From Lama glama (lineage: Eukaryota), in assembly GCA_028534125.1 (NCBI GenBank), contig CM052816.1, positions 62,870,001-62,934,000 of the forward strand: a stretch of 64,000 nucleotides of DNA, in the 5' to 3' direction. The first letter of the stretch is position 1; each line of letters begins with the position of its first letter. Shown piece after piece: positions 12,703-24,860 of this stretch. The position numbers and the translations under genes are program-made. The notes beneath the pieces were generated by a model. The model worked only from the letters and a program-made list of their open reading frames with translations. It did not search any database and was not told the origin of the DNA.

Positions 12703-13473
12703 TTTTTAAACATTTTTATTGAGTTATAATCATTTTACAGTGTTGTGTCAAATTCCAGTGTAGAGCACAATTTTTCAGTTATACATGAACATACATATAT
12801 TCATTGTCACATTTTTTTCCTCTGTGAGCTACCATAAGATCTTGTANNNNNNNNNNNNNNNNNNNNNNNNNNNNNNNNNNNNNNNNNNNNNNNNNNNNNN
12901 NNNNNNNNNNNNNNNNNNNNNNNNNNNNNNNNNNNNNNNNNNNNNNAAGTTTGTATTTTGTGTCTATGAGTCTGTTTCTGTTTTGTATTTTTTTTTTGAT
13001 TCCACATATGAGCGATCTCATGTGGTATTTTTCTTTCTCTTTCTGGCTGACTTCACTTAGAATGACATTCTCCAGGAACATCCATGTTGCTGCAAATGGC
13101 ATTATGTTGTCAGTTTTTATGGCTGAGTAGTATTCCATTGTATAAATATACTATTTCTTCTTTATCCAGTCATCTGTTGATGGACATTTAGGCTGTTTCC
13201 ATGTCTTGGCTATTGTAAATAGTGCTGCTATGAACATTAGCATACAGGTGTCATTTTGAAGTAGGGTTCCTTCTGGATATATGGCCAGGAGCGGGATTCC
13301 TGGGTCATATGGTAAGTCAATTCCTAGTCTTTTGAGGAATCTCCATACTGTTTTCCACAGTGGCTGCACCAAACTGTATTCCCACCAGCAGTGTAGGAGG
13401 GTTCCCTTTTCTCCACACCCTCTCCAGAATTTGTCATTTGTCAACTTTTGAATAATGGGCATTCTGACTGGTG
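12703..13473 (-). mobile_element. Young camelid L1, non-inverted 3' segment (ORF2 C-terminus + 3' UTR)
   Basis: Minus strand encodes [30 protein letters not shown] (L1 ORF2 C-terminus); T-tract at left; TSD TAATTCAGTCTT at 12691-12702 and 14020-14031. Confidence 0.95.
12847..12946. other. Assembly gap (100 N)
   Basis: Run of 100 N inside the L1 3' UTR. Confidence 0.99.
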
Positions 13474-14019
13474 AATCAATGAAGCTAGAACACTCCCTTA
13501 CAGCATACACAAAAATAAACTCAAAATGGATCAAAGACTTAAACATGAGACAAGATACAGTAAACCTCCTAGAAGAAAATATAGGCAAAACATTATCTGA
13601 CATACATCTCAAAAATGTTGTCCTAGGACAGTCTACTCAAGCAATAGAAATAAAAGCAAAAATAAACAAATGGGACCTAATGAAACTTACAAGCTTCTAC
13701 ACAGCAAAGGAAACCATAAGTAAAATAAAAAGACAACCTATGAAATGGGAGAAAATTTTTGCAAATGAAACTGACAAAGGCTTGAACTCCAGAATATATA
13801 AGCAGCTCATATGACTTAGTAAGAAAAAAACAAACAGCCCAATCCAAAAATGGGCAAAAGACCTAAACAAGCAATTCTCCAAGGAAGAAATACAAATGAT
13901 CAATAGGCACATGAAAAAATGTTCAATATCACTAATTATCAGAGAAATGCAAATCAAAACTATTATGAGGTATCACCTCACACCAGTCAGAATGTCCATT
14001 ATTCAAAAATCCACAAATG
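13474..14019 (+). mobile_element. Inverted 5' segment of the same L1 insertion (ORF2)
   Basis: Plus strand encodes YTKINSKWIKDLN, KINKWDL, WEKIFAN, REMQIKT; ends at the right TSD. Confidence 0.95.
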
Positions 14020-17000
14020 TAATTCAGTCTTACGGCTCTAAATTCAGTATTTTTCCTGGATGCTAGATTATTTGAAAATAAAATATTAAAAAATCCTCCT
14101 TATTTTAATGAAACTAGTTTTGTCACTTTGGTTCTTCATCCTGAAGCACCATTATTTGCATGTTCAGTAAGTTGTTATTGTATATAAATTAGACTCCTGA
14201 TAAAGGATTTATCTTGTCATATCCAACTTTTTCTTTTGTTTGAAGTTGTAATTTTAATTACACAATATGTAAAACAACAGATAATATCTGATCATTTATT
14301 TCAAACTTGATGTGAATTTAAACTTCATAAGGGTTGTTTTCAGGTGTCAGCTCTAATTATAGGACACTATACTTTAAAGTTTTTTAAAAATATGTCCTAA
14401 ATGTCACCTTTCTACACATGATAGCCAGATCATCAGTTGCCTACATTGTCTAATAATACATGGTCTGTGACTAGGTTGGGATGTTTTTCACTAATCACTT
14501 AGAACCAAGTCTACTTTTGAATACCCCTTTTAAATTTTATCCCTATGTAAAAATTAGCATTAAAATTTTTAATCTTTAAAATTGTTGATCTTATAGTGGA
14601 AAAAAAAAACTATCTCCTTTCAAACCACAAGTACTTGCTGAGCAATTCTTATGCATTTGCTGGAAGGAAGGTATAAGTAGACCAAATTCACCTGCTAAAA
14701 ATACTGTGTATTTTCAGAATCTTAGGAAGCGCTGTGACATAATTCCCTATATTGACCTTTTGAATCAATAAATCTTGACCTCTAACTAAAATTAGTATTG
14801 ACTAATTATATAAACTATGTGAAATGAATCTCTATTAAATACTTACTCTTTGTTTTTCTCATCAGGCAATGTAGTTATTAAATACTTCTTAACCAAAACC
14901 AGAAATCTTTATAAATTCACATATAACCCATTAATAAAAAGCATTGTCTTTTATAATGTATAAAGGCATAAAGGTCAGAGACACATTGTGAAATAAGCCA
15001 TTTTTTAAAAACAAAATGCATTGATTTAATCTTGTCCTACACCTGTTTAGATAATATGAAAACCCAATAGGTGATTTATTCAGGCTGAAATTAATTACAT
15101 ATGATGATGTCATACCACATGATTGCACAGAGACCTCGATAAATGCTAATGTAGTAGACATTAAATAGTAATGTTCTTCCCTTAGAAATTCTGATTTTAT
15201 GCAGTTTACTTATCTATAAATATTTTCCATGTGGTAGTTTTCAAAAATGATGGTGTGATAATTGATAGATTTAAAGTGACATTGCAGTTATGAGTTGTTC
15301 CATTTTTATAGGTAATGATTAATATAATATAGATATTTCTAGCACCTCTATTTTCTGGGTTCCAATTGCAGTCATAGAAGGAACTAAAAATGGAAGTTTA
15401 ATCAAAAGTTTAATCCTAAAAATTTATCTGCCAATCAATAGTTATTGTAATGATTAAATATTGAATGTTTCAGTGTTTCATGGCATGAATCCTAATTATG
15501 TTATTCCAATTTATATAAAGTATCATATCCAATATATAATCAAAATACTGTTTTCCCTATCAGAAATATACTCTGATAGCACTTTGATTCTAAGCAAGGT
15601 TCTGAAATTTTTTAATTTAATATACACCAAGCAGGGCTTTTTCCTAATAAAACTTGATAAAAAACCTTACAGTAGATAACTCCTCTTCTGCCTAGTGTTC
15701 AGTTTGCCTCTACTGGAAAGGACATAAGGATGCTAGACATACTCACTCCCATAGCTCTAGTCTGAATTCACAGCATGGGCTAAAGAGCAGTAGCAGAGGA
15801 TGGCACCCAGACTGCCAGATACTTAATATGAGACACCATTGCATATAGAAGTGAAAAATGTGGAATCCATTAAGGGCAGGATATTTGGGCTATCAGTATC
15901 CAATTTGGGTGTCAGAGCAGAGTGGTATTGCAAATTCACCAGCCAAAGAGTGAGGGAAAGTTACAGACCTGGGAGCGTGAGCACAAATCAGTGGGAAAAG
16001 TAACTGTATCAGACATAGAAAAGCCAGCGGTTTTCATCAAATTAGACTTGCAGATTCACTGCCTGATTAGCAGAAAAAATATACACCAGTTATTTCTAAG
16101 GTTAATGCATACATTTTAAAAATTAGAATGTGAATTAAAACAACTTAAACTCTTTATAGCTTAAAGAAGATTTTCAGATCTTATGTAGAGTGTCCTGCAT
16201 TACTAATCATACACAGAAAGAAGTCATTGGTTTCTTAAAATTATAGTTAAAGCTGGATTATGAAGAATAAAAGGACAATACTATGTATTTTATAGTTTAC
16301 TGTAATATATTTTTCTCCTAAAATATGTTTTAATGATGAAAAAAATAGTGCAAATATAAGTAGAATTTTTCAGAGAATCTCATCACCAGGTTCACATGGA
16401 TTCATACAGTCAGAAAAAGTCAGTGGTCCTTTCATCAGGCTGTTTCAAGGTTTGTTTCAAGGTTATTAACTGCTCTGCACACTAGCAAGGTAAAACTATT
16501 AGCACAGCCTACATTCTCATTTTCCATTCTTTCTGTACAGTATCAAAAAGAGCCGAGTATAAAATCAGTTTAGCCTTTTTATATCTGATTTATTTCATCT
16601 CATGAGATCTCTGGTTTCTTCATGTCAGAGTTGTATAACAACGAAATTTTCATTTTGGAAAAACAAAATCTTTAAAACACAAATAATTCTCATTTTGAAC
16701 GAGTGTTTTGGAGTAACTAAATTCACTATAAAATACCTTTTGCTCAATGCGCTTTTATCTGACCAATAACTTTATGCCTTCCAGTAAGAGGTAGTATTTT
16801 AATATTTTATTCTTAGCTTTTTGTGCTTTAAAAATACACAGGCCATGAGGTTATTAGCCTTCTAGTGCTTCTCCTGCGTAACTGTGTGCATATTCTTACT
16901 AAGAACAACAGTTAGGTGGCCTTGATCTATAGATGGAAATTTGGTTTGTTCTAGAACAGGAGCTGTTCAGCACCTTCACTGCCCCATAAAGTTTTCATTA

Positions 17001-17589
17001 TATAAACGTCATGAGAAATTTCGATGGTTATTTCATGGATAAAATAACAGTGGTTTTTTGTTTTAGTCCCTTGACCAGAGACCCTACAAAATAGTTATAA
17101 TTGTGTGAACATTTACTGTATAATAAAAGGATAAGGAGGTAGGTAAAAGTGTGTGCATATGTGTCATGTGTAAACACACACACACTATTAATAGATGGTA
17201 CTGAGTTTCTTTTAAGAATGGCTCTTTGCTTCAGGAAAGACCTAATAATCTCTTTGGGAGGAGAACATATAGCTTGAAGAGACAGAATATCCAGAGACAA
17301 GAAAACAAATAGATAAGCAAACTTCTCTTTAGTTGAAATTTTTTAAATTTTTGGAGATAGGCAAAAAATAGAAAAGACTGACCAAAACAGGTAGGAGGTA
17401 AGAGACTAGCAATATAGCATAGACCTTGAGCCTATAAATAATCCACAATAAAATTTGGCCAAAGAAAACTTGAGGGTCTGGATGGTCAAAGTAGTTCAGT
17501 ATTACAAATTTTAGTCTTTAAACAAATTATTAGTATCCTTATGATGCAGCTACCTTTCATCTCCCTCAAATTTAATCAAAGGATGATGT

Positions 17590-17810
17590 GTCACTAATAA
17601 CAAGTACTTTGAGCATATTACTATAAACCAGGTATTATACTAGGCATTTTAAATTACTGTCTTATTTAATTCATACAAAGCCTCACTAGTAAGAATTTTT
17701 TATCACTATTCTAGGCTGAGAGGTTAAGTAAAAGCTCCATGATGAAACAGCAGAGAACAGAGGAACAGGAAATAAAGCCAAGTATAGATTACCCCAAAGT
17801 CACCTCTCTC
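17590..17810 (-). mobile_element. MIR SINE
   Basis: TGAGCATATTACTATAAACCAGGTATTATACTAGGCATTTT...CTTATTTAATTC...GGCTGAGAGGTTAAGTAA. Confidence 0.6.
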
Positions 17811-17942
17811 TATACACTTGTGCAGAGGAATCAGAACAATGGGAAGCAGGCTGTGATTCACAAACCCCAGAGGGCCAGGTATCAGAATCACAGATGAAGT
17901 TTTGAACTACTCAAGAATAATCATAAAATCTTCTTATTCCTT

Positions 17943-17943
17943 A

Positions 17944-17994
<51 letters not shown>
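17943..17994. repeat. (ATAA)13 perfect tetranucleotide microsatellite
   Basis: Directly visible. Confidence 0.97.
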
Positions 17995-18204
17995 AACCTT
18001 TAAAAAATGAAGGTGGAAATGCGTAACATCTGAATTAAGACTATTTTAGTGTTCTAAGTATAGAATAGTAAAAAATCTAACTAACTGGAAATCAAAAGTC
18101 ATTCAATTCTTCATTCTTTTCAAAATATATCGCATTTCACCCTGATTTCTAAAGCAGTGATTTGGGTAATGCATTAAAAATTGTCCTGACGTTGGGAAAG
18201 GCCC

Positions 18205-18330
18205 TTGACTTTTTAATTTAGTAACTGTATAACATTAAGCCAAGTATTTACCTCCCTCAACCCTATTTTTCTCTTCCACAAATTAAGTGTAAAAACAGCT
18301 ATTTCTTGAATTTGTTACAAGCTTTCAGTG
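18205..18330 (+). mobile_element. MIR fragment followed by short (CA)n
   Basis: TAACTGTATAACATTAAGCCAAGTATTTACCTCCCTCAACCCTATTTTCTCTTCC. Confidence 0.55.
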
Positions 18331-18827
18331 GATACACGTGCGCGCACACACACACACATACCGGTCCCACCATGCCTGGTTCTAAGGAGGAGATAAAGGG
18401 AAAAAATATTCTCTTTTTGGAACATAAGTTAACATTTCCAGGATGATCCAGGGTGATTCTTATAAAAAAACATATGGCTTAATGAAATATGAGTCCTGTT
18501 TATCCTTTCACTTAATGACCCCAGACTGTAGTCTGCTTTTCTCTTTTCTCTTGGTTTTGTGGAGTTTACAACTTACCCTTAAACTATCATCTGATCCTTG
18601 CTGCTGCAAGTGAACTGAAGGAGAATTTGGAAAGAGAATAAAATACCTTTCTGTTAAAATTAGTTTAAAAACCCCATGCCTAGGATAATAGATCCCCTGG
18701 GTATATGTACAGTTCCTCAAAGCAGATTCCCACAGAGACATCGAAAAAGGAAGCTAATACTGATATGTTGCTATCATCTGGTCTCCAGACCCCATTTAGT
18801 TTCTCCAGTTGTCATAAAAATTATTCT

Positions 18828-20350
18828 TAACAGCTTCATTTAGGTACAATTCACATGCTGTAAATTGTACATACTTAAAGTGCACAATATATGTTTTAAC
18901 ATACATGCATATTTATAAAACCATAACTACAATCAAAATAATAAACATTTATTTCACCCCTCCACAAAGTTTCCTCATGCTCCTTTGTAATCTAACTCCC
19001 TTTACCTCTCTCCTTTGTAACCTCCTAAACCATTCCTAGGCAACTACTGATGCACTTCAAGTCATTAAAGATTGGTCTGCAATTTTCAGAATTTTATATA
19101 AATAGAATTAAACATAAATACTTTTTCTCTCTTTCTTCTTTCACTTAGAAAAAATTATTTTGAGATGCATCCATATTGTAGCATGTATTAATAATTCATT
19201 CATTTTAAGTGCAAAGTATGATACACAATTTGTTCATCCACTTGCCTGTTGATGACTATTTCATTCATTTCCAGCTTTTGGCCGTTACAGATAAACCTGT
19301 TATGAACATACACAGAATGTCTTTTTATGGACATATGCTTTCCTTTCTCTAAATGGAATGACTGAATTAGAAGATAAGATGCATTTAAAGTATTTTTAAA
19401 TGCCAAACTGTTTTCAGAATGGTTGTACTATTTTATATTTCCACTAGCAGTCATTTCCTCCAAATTCTAATACTTGATATGGTGAGCTTTTTAAATTATA
19501 TCCACTCAAATAGATGTGTAGTTGTATCTATGAATTTTAAAAATTATTTTGCTGATTTCTGAAAAAAACTGAAATGGAAATTTAATTGGGCTTGTGTTGA
19601 ATGTACAGATGATTTAGGTGAGAATACACATCCTAATACCGATTCTTTCAGCTACGACCACTGTCTCTCTCTCTCATTTTTAGGTGTTTAAAATTTCTCT
19701 CAGCAAGCAGTACATTATAGTTTTACATATTTATCAGATTTCTCTCTAATAAAATTTCTTATCATTTGACTTGATAGTGAATGGCACTTTTATTTCAATG
19801 TATGTTACTTGCCACTAGTATATAGAAATGCAGTTGATTTTTCACATTGATCTTGTTAAAGATCATTTATTAGTTCCAATAGCTTTTTAAGTTTTTTCAT
19901 CAGATTTTCTACACAGATAAATTATGTCATCTATGAATAAAGATAATTTTAGTTTTACTTCTTTTACAATATAGATTCCTATTCATTCTTTTTCTTGCCT
20001 TATTGCACCAGGTAGATCTTTTAGTCCAATATTGTTGAATATAATTTTTGAGAATAAATAACCTTGACTTGTTCTGAATCTTAGGGGAAAAGCATCCATT
20101 TTTACTGCTAATTATGGTGTAGGCTGTTGGCTTTTTATAGATGCCCTTTTTCAGGTGGAGGAAGTTCCTTTCTATTCCTAGTTTGTTGAGAGGTTTTATC
20201 AGGAGTGAATATTAAATTGCATCAAATGCTTCTTTTCCACATATGTTGAGATAACATATGGGTTTTCTTTTTTTAATTTGCTAATATGGTGAATTACAAT
20301 GAATAATGTTCAAATATTAAATTAACCTTGCATTCCTGGAATAAACCTTC
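18828..20350 (-). mobile_element. Old L1M 3' end plus ORF2 fragments (internally deleted)
   Basis: AACAGCTTCATTTAGGTACAATTCACAT...GGCAACTACTGAT...TTGAGATGCATCCAT...; later GATTTTCTACACAGATAAATTATGTCATCT, CTTAGGGGAAAAGCAT, AACCTTGCATTCCTGGAATAAACC. Confidence 0.85.
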
Positions 20351-20381
20351 GATTCTTGTAGCAGTAAAATAATAATGGTAT

Positions 20382-20716
20382 TGTTAAAAGATAAAGTGAG
20401 ATATATTTAAAACGTTGAGTTTATTTGAGCAAAAGTCAATTGGAATTGGATAGTGCCAAACCAGAAGCAGTTAGAAGTTCTCCCTCCACCAAGAGCTGGG
20501 GAAAGACTTTCATACAGAAAAGGTGAGGCAAAGCAAGTCAATTATTGACTGGCTGTAGCTTAAAACCTAGTTGGCTATTTGTGATTGGTTGTCCTTAGGT
20601 TTCAATTTTGTACCTTGAGGCATTTACAAACTTAGATTTTGGTTTGCTTACATAGGCCACCATAACATTAGAGCCGCCTCAGTCTAATGGCCTCCTTGTG
20701 TAATTAACTTAGAATA
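20382..20716 (-). mobile_element. ERV1-class solo LTR (MER93-like architecture)
   Basis: Starts TGTTAAA, GAGTTTATTTGAGCAAA, GTGATTGGTTG, ends ...TAATTAACTTAGAATA; layout of MER93/MER4-group LTRs read antisense. Confidence 0.65.
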
Positions 20717-20724
20717 ATTGTTGG

Positions 20725-21220
20725 GTGAAAACAGATAAACATTAATATTCTCAATAGATATTGGAAATTGTATGAGTAAAAGTTCTACTAATTTATGTCC
20801 CACCAGTAATTTGGGGGAGGAAATTCCCCATACCTTTGCCACAACGTAACTGAGTTGTTTTACTTTTGCTAATCTTTGAAATTTGTGTTTCCATTATGAG
20901 TGAGGTGGATTGAACTTTTCCCATAAATTTGAGTCATTGGCATTTCCTTTCCTGGGAACTTCCTGTTTGTCCACTTAAATATTGTTATTGGCCATTTTAT
21001 CCTTGGCATGCTGAGGTTGCTAACATATTAAGAAAAATGATTTCTTTGTTCAACTGTGATTGAGAAATAATGTTCTCATATTGTTATTATTTTGTCATAG
21101 ATTTTTCCATGTATTATAACTTAATTTTCTTCTATGAATTTTCAGTTTTATGTCATATTAAAAAAGCTACCACATTCTTCATTATAAAAATAAAATTCTC
21201 ACAGATTTTCTTCTAGTCAC
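20725..21220 (-). mobile_element. Very old L1M(E) fragment
   Basis: TCCCACCAGTAAT...CCCCATACCTTTGCCA...TTTGCTAATCT...TATGAGTGAGGT...CATTTCCTTTCCTGGGAACT. Confidence 0.6.
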
Positions 21221-21339
21221 ACAAACACATTTAACTGGGAGGCTTGAAAGTGTAGTCTTTATTCCTGGTAACATGATCCTATCTAAAATTCGGTCATTCT
21301 TATAAGGGAAGAAAAGGATGGCCAGCTGAGACCAAAAGC

Positions 21340-21560
21340 ATATAAACATACTATATGTATATATGTCACACATATATTCATAGGCATATGTATCTATGTA
21401 GCTGTATCATAGATACAGCTATATCATAGATGTATGTGTGTGTATATATATATAGCATGCATATATAAGCACATGTATCTATGCATATATCCATATCCTA
21501 GATATGTACATATTGATATGTGTGCTTTTCTATATATGTATATATATTTATAAATGTCTG
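21340..21560. repeat. Degenerate (TA/TG/CA)n low-complexity tract, resumes at 22091-22165
   Basis: Directly visible. Confidence 0.85.
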
Positions 21561-21561
21561 T

Positions 21562-22090
21562 GTAGGAAAGGAAAGATAATTTTCACTCTACCTTTCTAGA
21601 TTCTGTGGCTGAGACTCCCCTGAAATAAAAGACAGCCTAACAAAGGAAAAGCAAACAGAATTTAATAACATGTGTGCCTCATGTATACTGGAAGAGACCC
21701 AGGAAAACTGAGTAAAACTCTCTGAAATGGCCCAAGCCACAAATTTAAATATTATCTTAGCTAAAGACAAAAAAAAATTGTTAGGAGATAGGGAAGCCAG
21801 TTATGGGAGGTTATTAGGAAAAGTACAGTGAAATTATGCAAAGTTAAGTCTGGCATGTTCTCTATTATAGTTTTTTGGGGTTTTTTGTTTTTGTTCTTGT
21901 TTTTGTGATTTAGAGTCATTCGTCTCTTCTGGTAAAAAGAGGAAAATACCTTCAAAGTGAAGATTTCCCTTACAAAAAGGTAAATTCTACTCTATTCTCC
22001 TGTGTTTACTTTTTCTCAAAAATAGTCAATTCAAACTAGACTTTATGCCACCGGATCATAGTCTGGGATGGCATAGTCTGCTACTCTTCG
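21562..22090 (-). mobile_element. ERV1-class solo LTR (MER34-like)
   Basis: TGTAGGAAAGGAAAGATAATTTTCACTCTACC...GGCTGAGAC...AATAAAAGACAG...GGGATGGCATAGTCTGCTACTCTTCG matches MER34-group LTR termini. Confidence 0.7.
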
Positions 22091-24264
22091 TATGGTACAT
22101 AGATATCACACATATACATTATATATGCATACCTATATATGATACATATATAAGCGTACATATGTTATTAAGCTTTACAAATGTAGCGTGATTTTTTTCT
22201 TTTGATGTTTTCTGTATTCACAAAAAAGCTTCGAATAACATCATTCAGGGTTTCAAAACCATAAGGGTATAAGCTACTGAGTCTGGCAAGCCTAGGATAC
22301 TCATTAGAAATGAAACCTACCCTCTCAAGAATTGGAAAGCAGAGTTGAAAACAAGTTTGCTTGAAATAGGATAGAGGATAAAGTCATGTGTAAATGAATT
22401 CATTTTCCACCTTCCTATGGATTTGGAGTTTCCTTCCACCAACAGGTTTATGGGGCCCTTCAAACACTGGTGCTGTGGGAGAATCCACTGAGTAGGATCA
22501 TCTGTTTCCCAAACTTCACATCACAGGGAGTAGTTTTGATTGAAAGGGCAATGCATAGTAGTGGAAAACACAATACAAATGTTAGTGAGCTGAGAGGGTG
22601 TTTTTCTGGCAAGAACTGCCTGAGGAAGTACTGGTCACCTAAGTCAAAGCAAGAAAGTGAAACTTGTCATCTGGGAAAAACCATGTTGCACTCTGTTCCT
22701 TCTTATGTGATATGAAAACTTGAGCTCAAATACAAACTATCTCCTTTCCCCCAAAGCCTCTTCTGGTCTATGTTTCTGTCCCTTGGAAATAAGATAATAG
22801 TCCCTGCCTAGGTTTAAAAAGTCTTCCTTAATAAGAATTTTGGTGAGGTAGAGTGGAGGCTTTTAGACACAGTGCCACTCCTTATGAGTTGCCAGGGAGG
22901 TTGGGGAGTACGAGGAAGAAAAGATAGACAACTAAAATACACAATACCATGTGAGTAATTGGCCCTTAAGTCCCATTAATATTATCACTCTGACAGCCTC
23001 TCATCTCTGATGGCCCCAGAATATACTTTAATGTCAAAAAGATGAAGAAAAATATCTGACAGCATCAGAAACCTGAAAGTCCCCAAGATCCTTCTTTTGT
23101 AGTTCACATCTACAAGAATTCATTGGCTGAAACATGTTCCTGCATTGAACAGTTGAAACTAATATTAGGAAATACTGGGATTTTAGCTGTTTCTCTGACT
23201 CATTTAATTCTACAGTGTGCATGTGTGTTTCATGTTTAAAAGATCTTGAAGGATCTATGACTCTAGGAAGAAGGCTCTCTACATACCTGCTGCCAAGGAG
23301 AGAGCATGACCCTATGTCCAGTGAGTTTCTTTCTCAGTGTACCAATCCCCTTCTACCTCTGCTGTCCTCAAAGTTCTGTTGATCGAGGTTTTAGATCACC
23401 TCTACATGAGTTATCAGGTTCATGCTCTCTTTACTCTTGCCCCCAAACCCCTCTCCATACCAATTTGTAATGCTTACCTAATGATATGCTAGTATTCAAA
23501 AGAGTTGCACAAAGAATTCTCGGGTGGAATGGCTGGCTTTTTGGTGTGGTTGATTTCTTTCAGGTTGTGCTTAATGGAGTGATGTAGGTTTAAGAAGAAG
23601 CGAAACACTGAACTGACTCCCTTTGTGCACAGAAACAGCCTGCATGTTTCTGATTGAAGCTAGAATGTCCATTTGCAAACCGCAGTAAACTGGGTGGTGG
23701 AACCAGAGAGACAGATAAGAGGTGGAGTGGAACCAGTGAGCCCAGAATCTTCTCTAGGACCAGCTGGCAAGGTCTATTATGTTTAACAGTATGTGAAATT
23801 AGGACTCCTCAAGCCATCATAGGAAGGAAATCAGTACATTCATTTCCTGACACTCTGTTCCTAATCGGCCCCCTGCAACCTACCTTTTATTCCCATTGTT
23901 CTACTGCAAATGCCCTCCAAACCTAAGGTATAGCCAGTGACTTTTTTTTCCCCTACTTTTTTTTATCATTCTTGGTATTTCTGTAGCCCTTCAACTCATT
24001 TCTGATTGCTTTGTGTGTTTTTTCATCCAAAAGAGAACATTTCTACTAAAACAATCTGCATAATGTTAAAGTGGAAATAGTGACTGTTCATTCTATCTTT
24101 ACATGAAGATACTGTAGGCCAGACATTCTAAAATAAGGTGTCTGGGCAACATACTATTTTTTGAAAACAATTCAAATCAAGTTAAATGACTTTTAAATCC
24201 CTTACATCAAGGGTTTAAAGGGTTCAGGTTGCTGGAGATTCAAAGAGGATTTAAAAGTGTAAAG

Positions 24265-24420
24265 TTGGGGACAGATGTTTGTATTTTTTGAGTCCTGCCC
24301 TCCATAATGGGCAAGCAGAACTCAGATGAGAGAGGTTATTAACTTGCCTAATTTCTTCAGGCTGAGAATGAAAACCAGAGATGTGAGACTCCAATGAAGG
24401 AAGTTGTCTAAAGGACCCAT
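24265..24420 (+). mobile_element. MIR-like fragment
   Basis: TAATGGGCAAGCAGAACTCAGATGAGAGAGGTTATTAACTTGCCTAA (MIR-core-like; orientation and limits uncertain). Confidence 0.4.
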
Positions 24421-24489
24421 AACTACTTCCATCTAACAGATGCAGCTTAGGCATCTTCCAAGCCTACAGGTTAATTAACTGACAGTTAT

Positions 24490-24860
24490 CACTCAAGGAT
24501 GACCTTTCTTCCTCTCTTTCCCCCTAGGCTCCATCCTCAAGAGTCAGAAACCTCTGACTCTTGATCAAGGTGGGCACGGGAGTGTGGAAACACTATGGAG
24601 AAAAAGAAAGTTGTCAAACATACCACCTCTCTTTCCCATCATAGGATTCCCAGCCTACAGCAGTACTTAGCTAGGGAGGGGAAAGATACAACTTTGAATA
24701 ACCTCAGAATTTTGACATTCCTGTTACTAAATTCAAACAGTGTTTTGTGACATCAAAATAAACAAAACTCAGAGGACTTGGCCAGTGGAAAAAATATGTG
24801 CTGCTAAGAAAATCTGAAAGAGCAATGGAGACAAAAATTGCTTTATGTTTACATTGCACA
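24490..24860. mobile_element. Old LTR remnant (LTR78/79-like, tentative)
   Basis: TAGCTAGGGAGGGGAAAGA...ACTTTGAATAAC...GAAAGAGCAATGGAGACAAAAATTGCTTTATG resembles ancient ERV LTRs. Confidence 0.4.

Noticed and set aside
13151..13612. Longest ORF in the track (153 aa, minus strand)
   Set aside because: Chimera of antisense L1 and sense L1 ORF2 reading across the inversion junction; not a gene.
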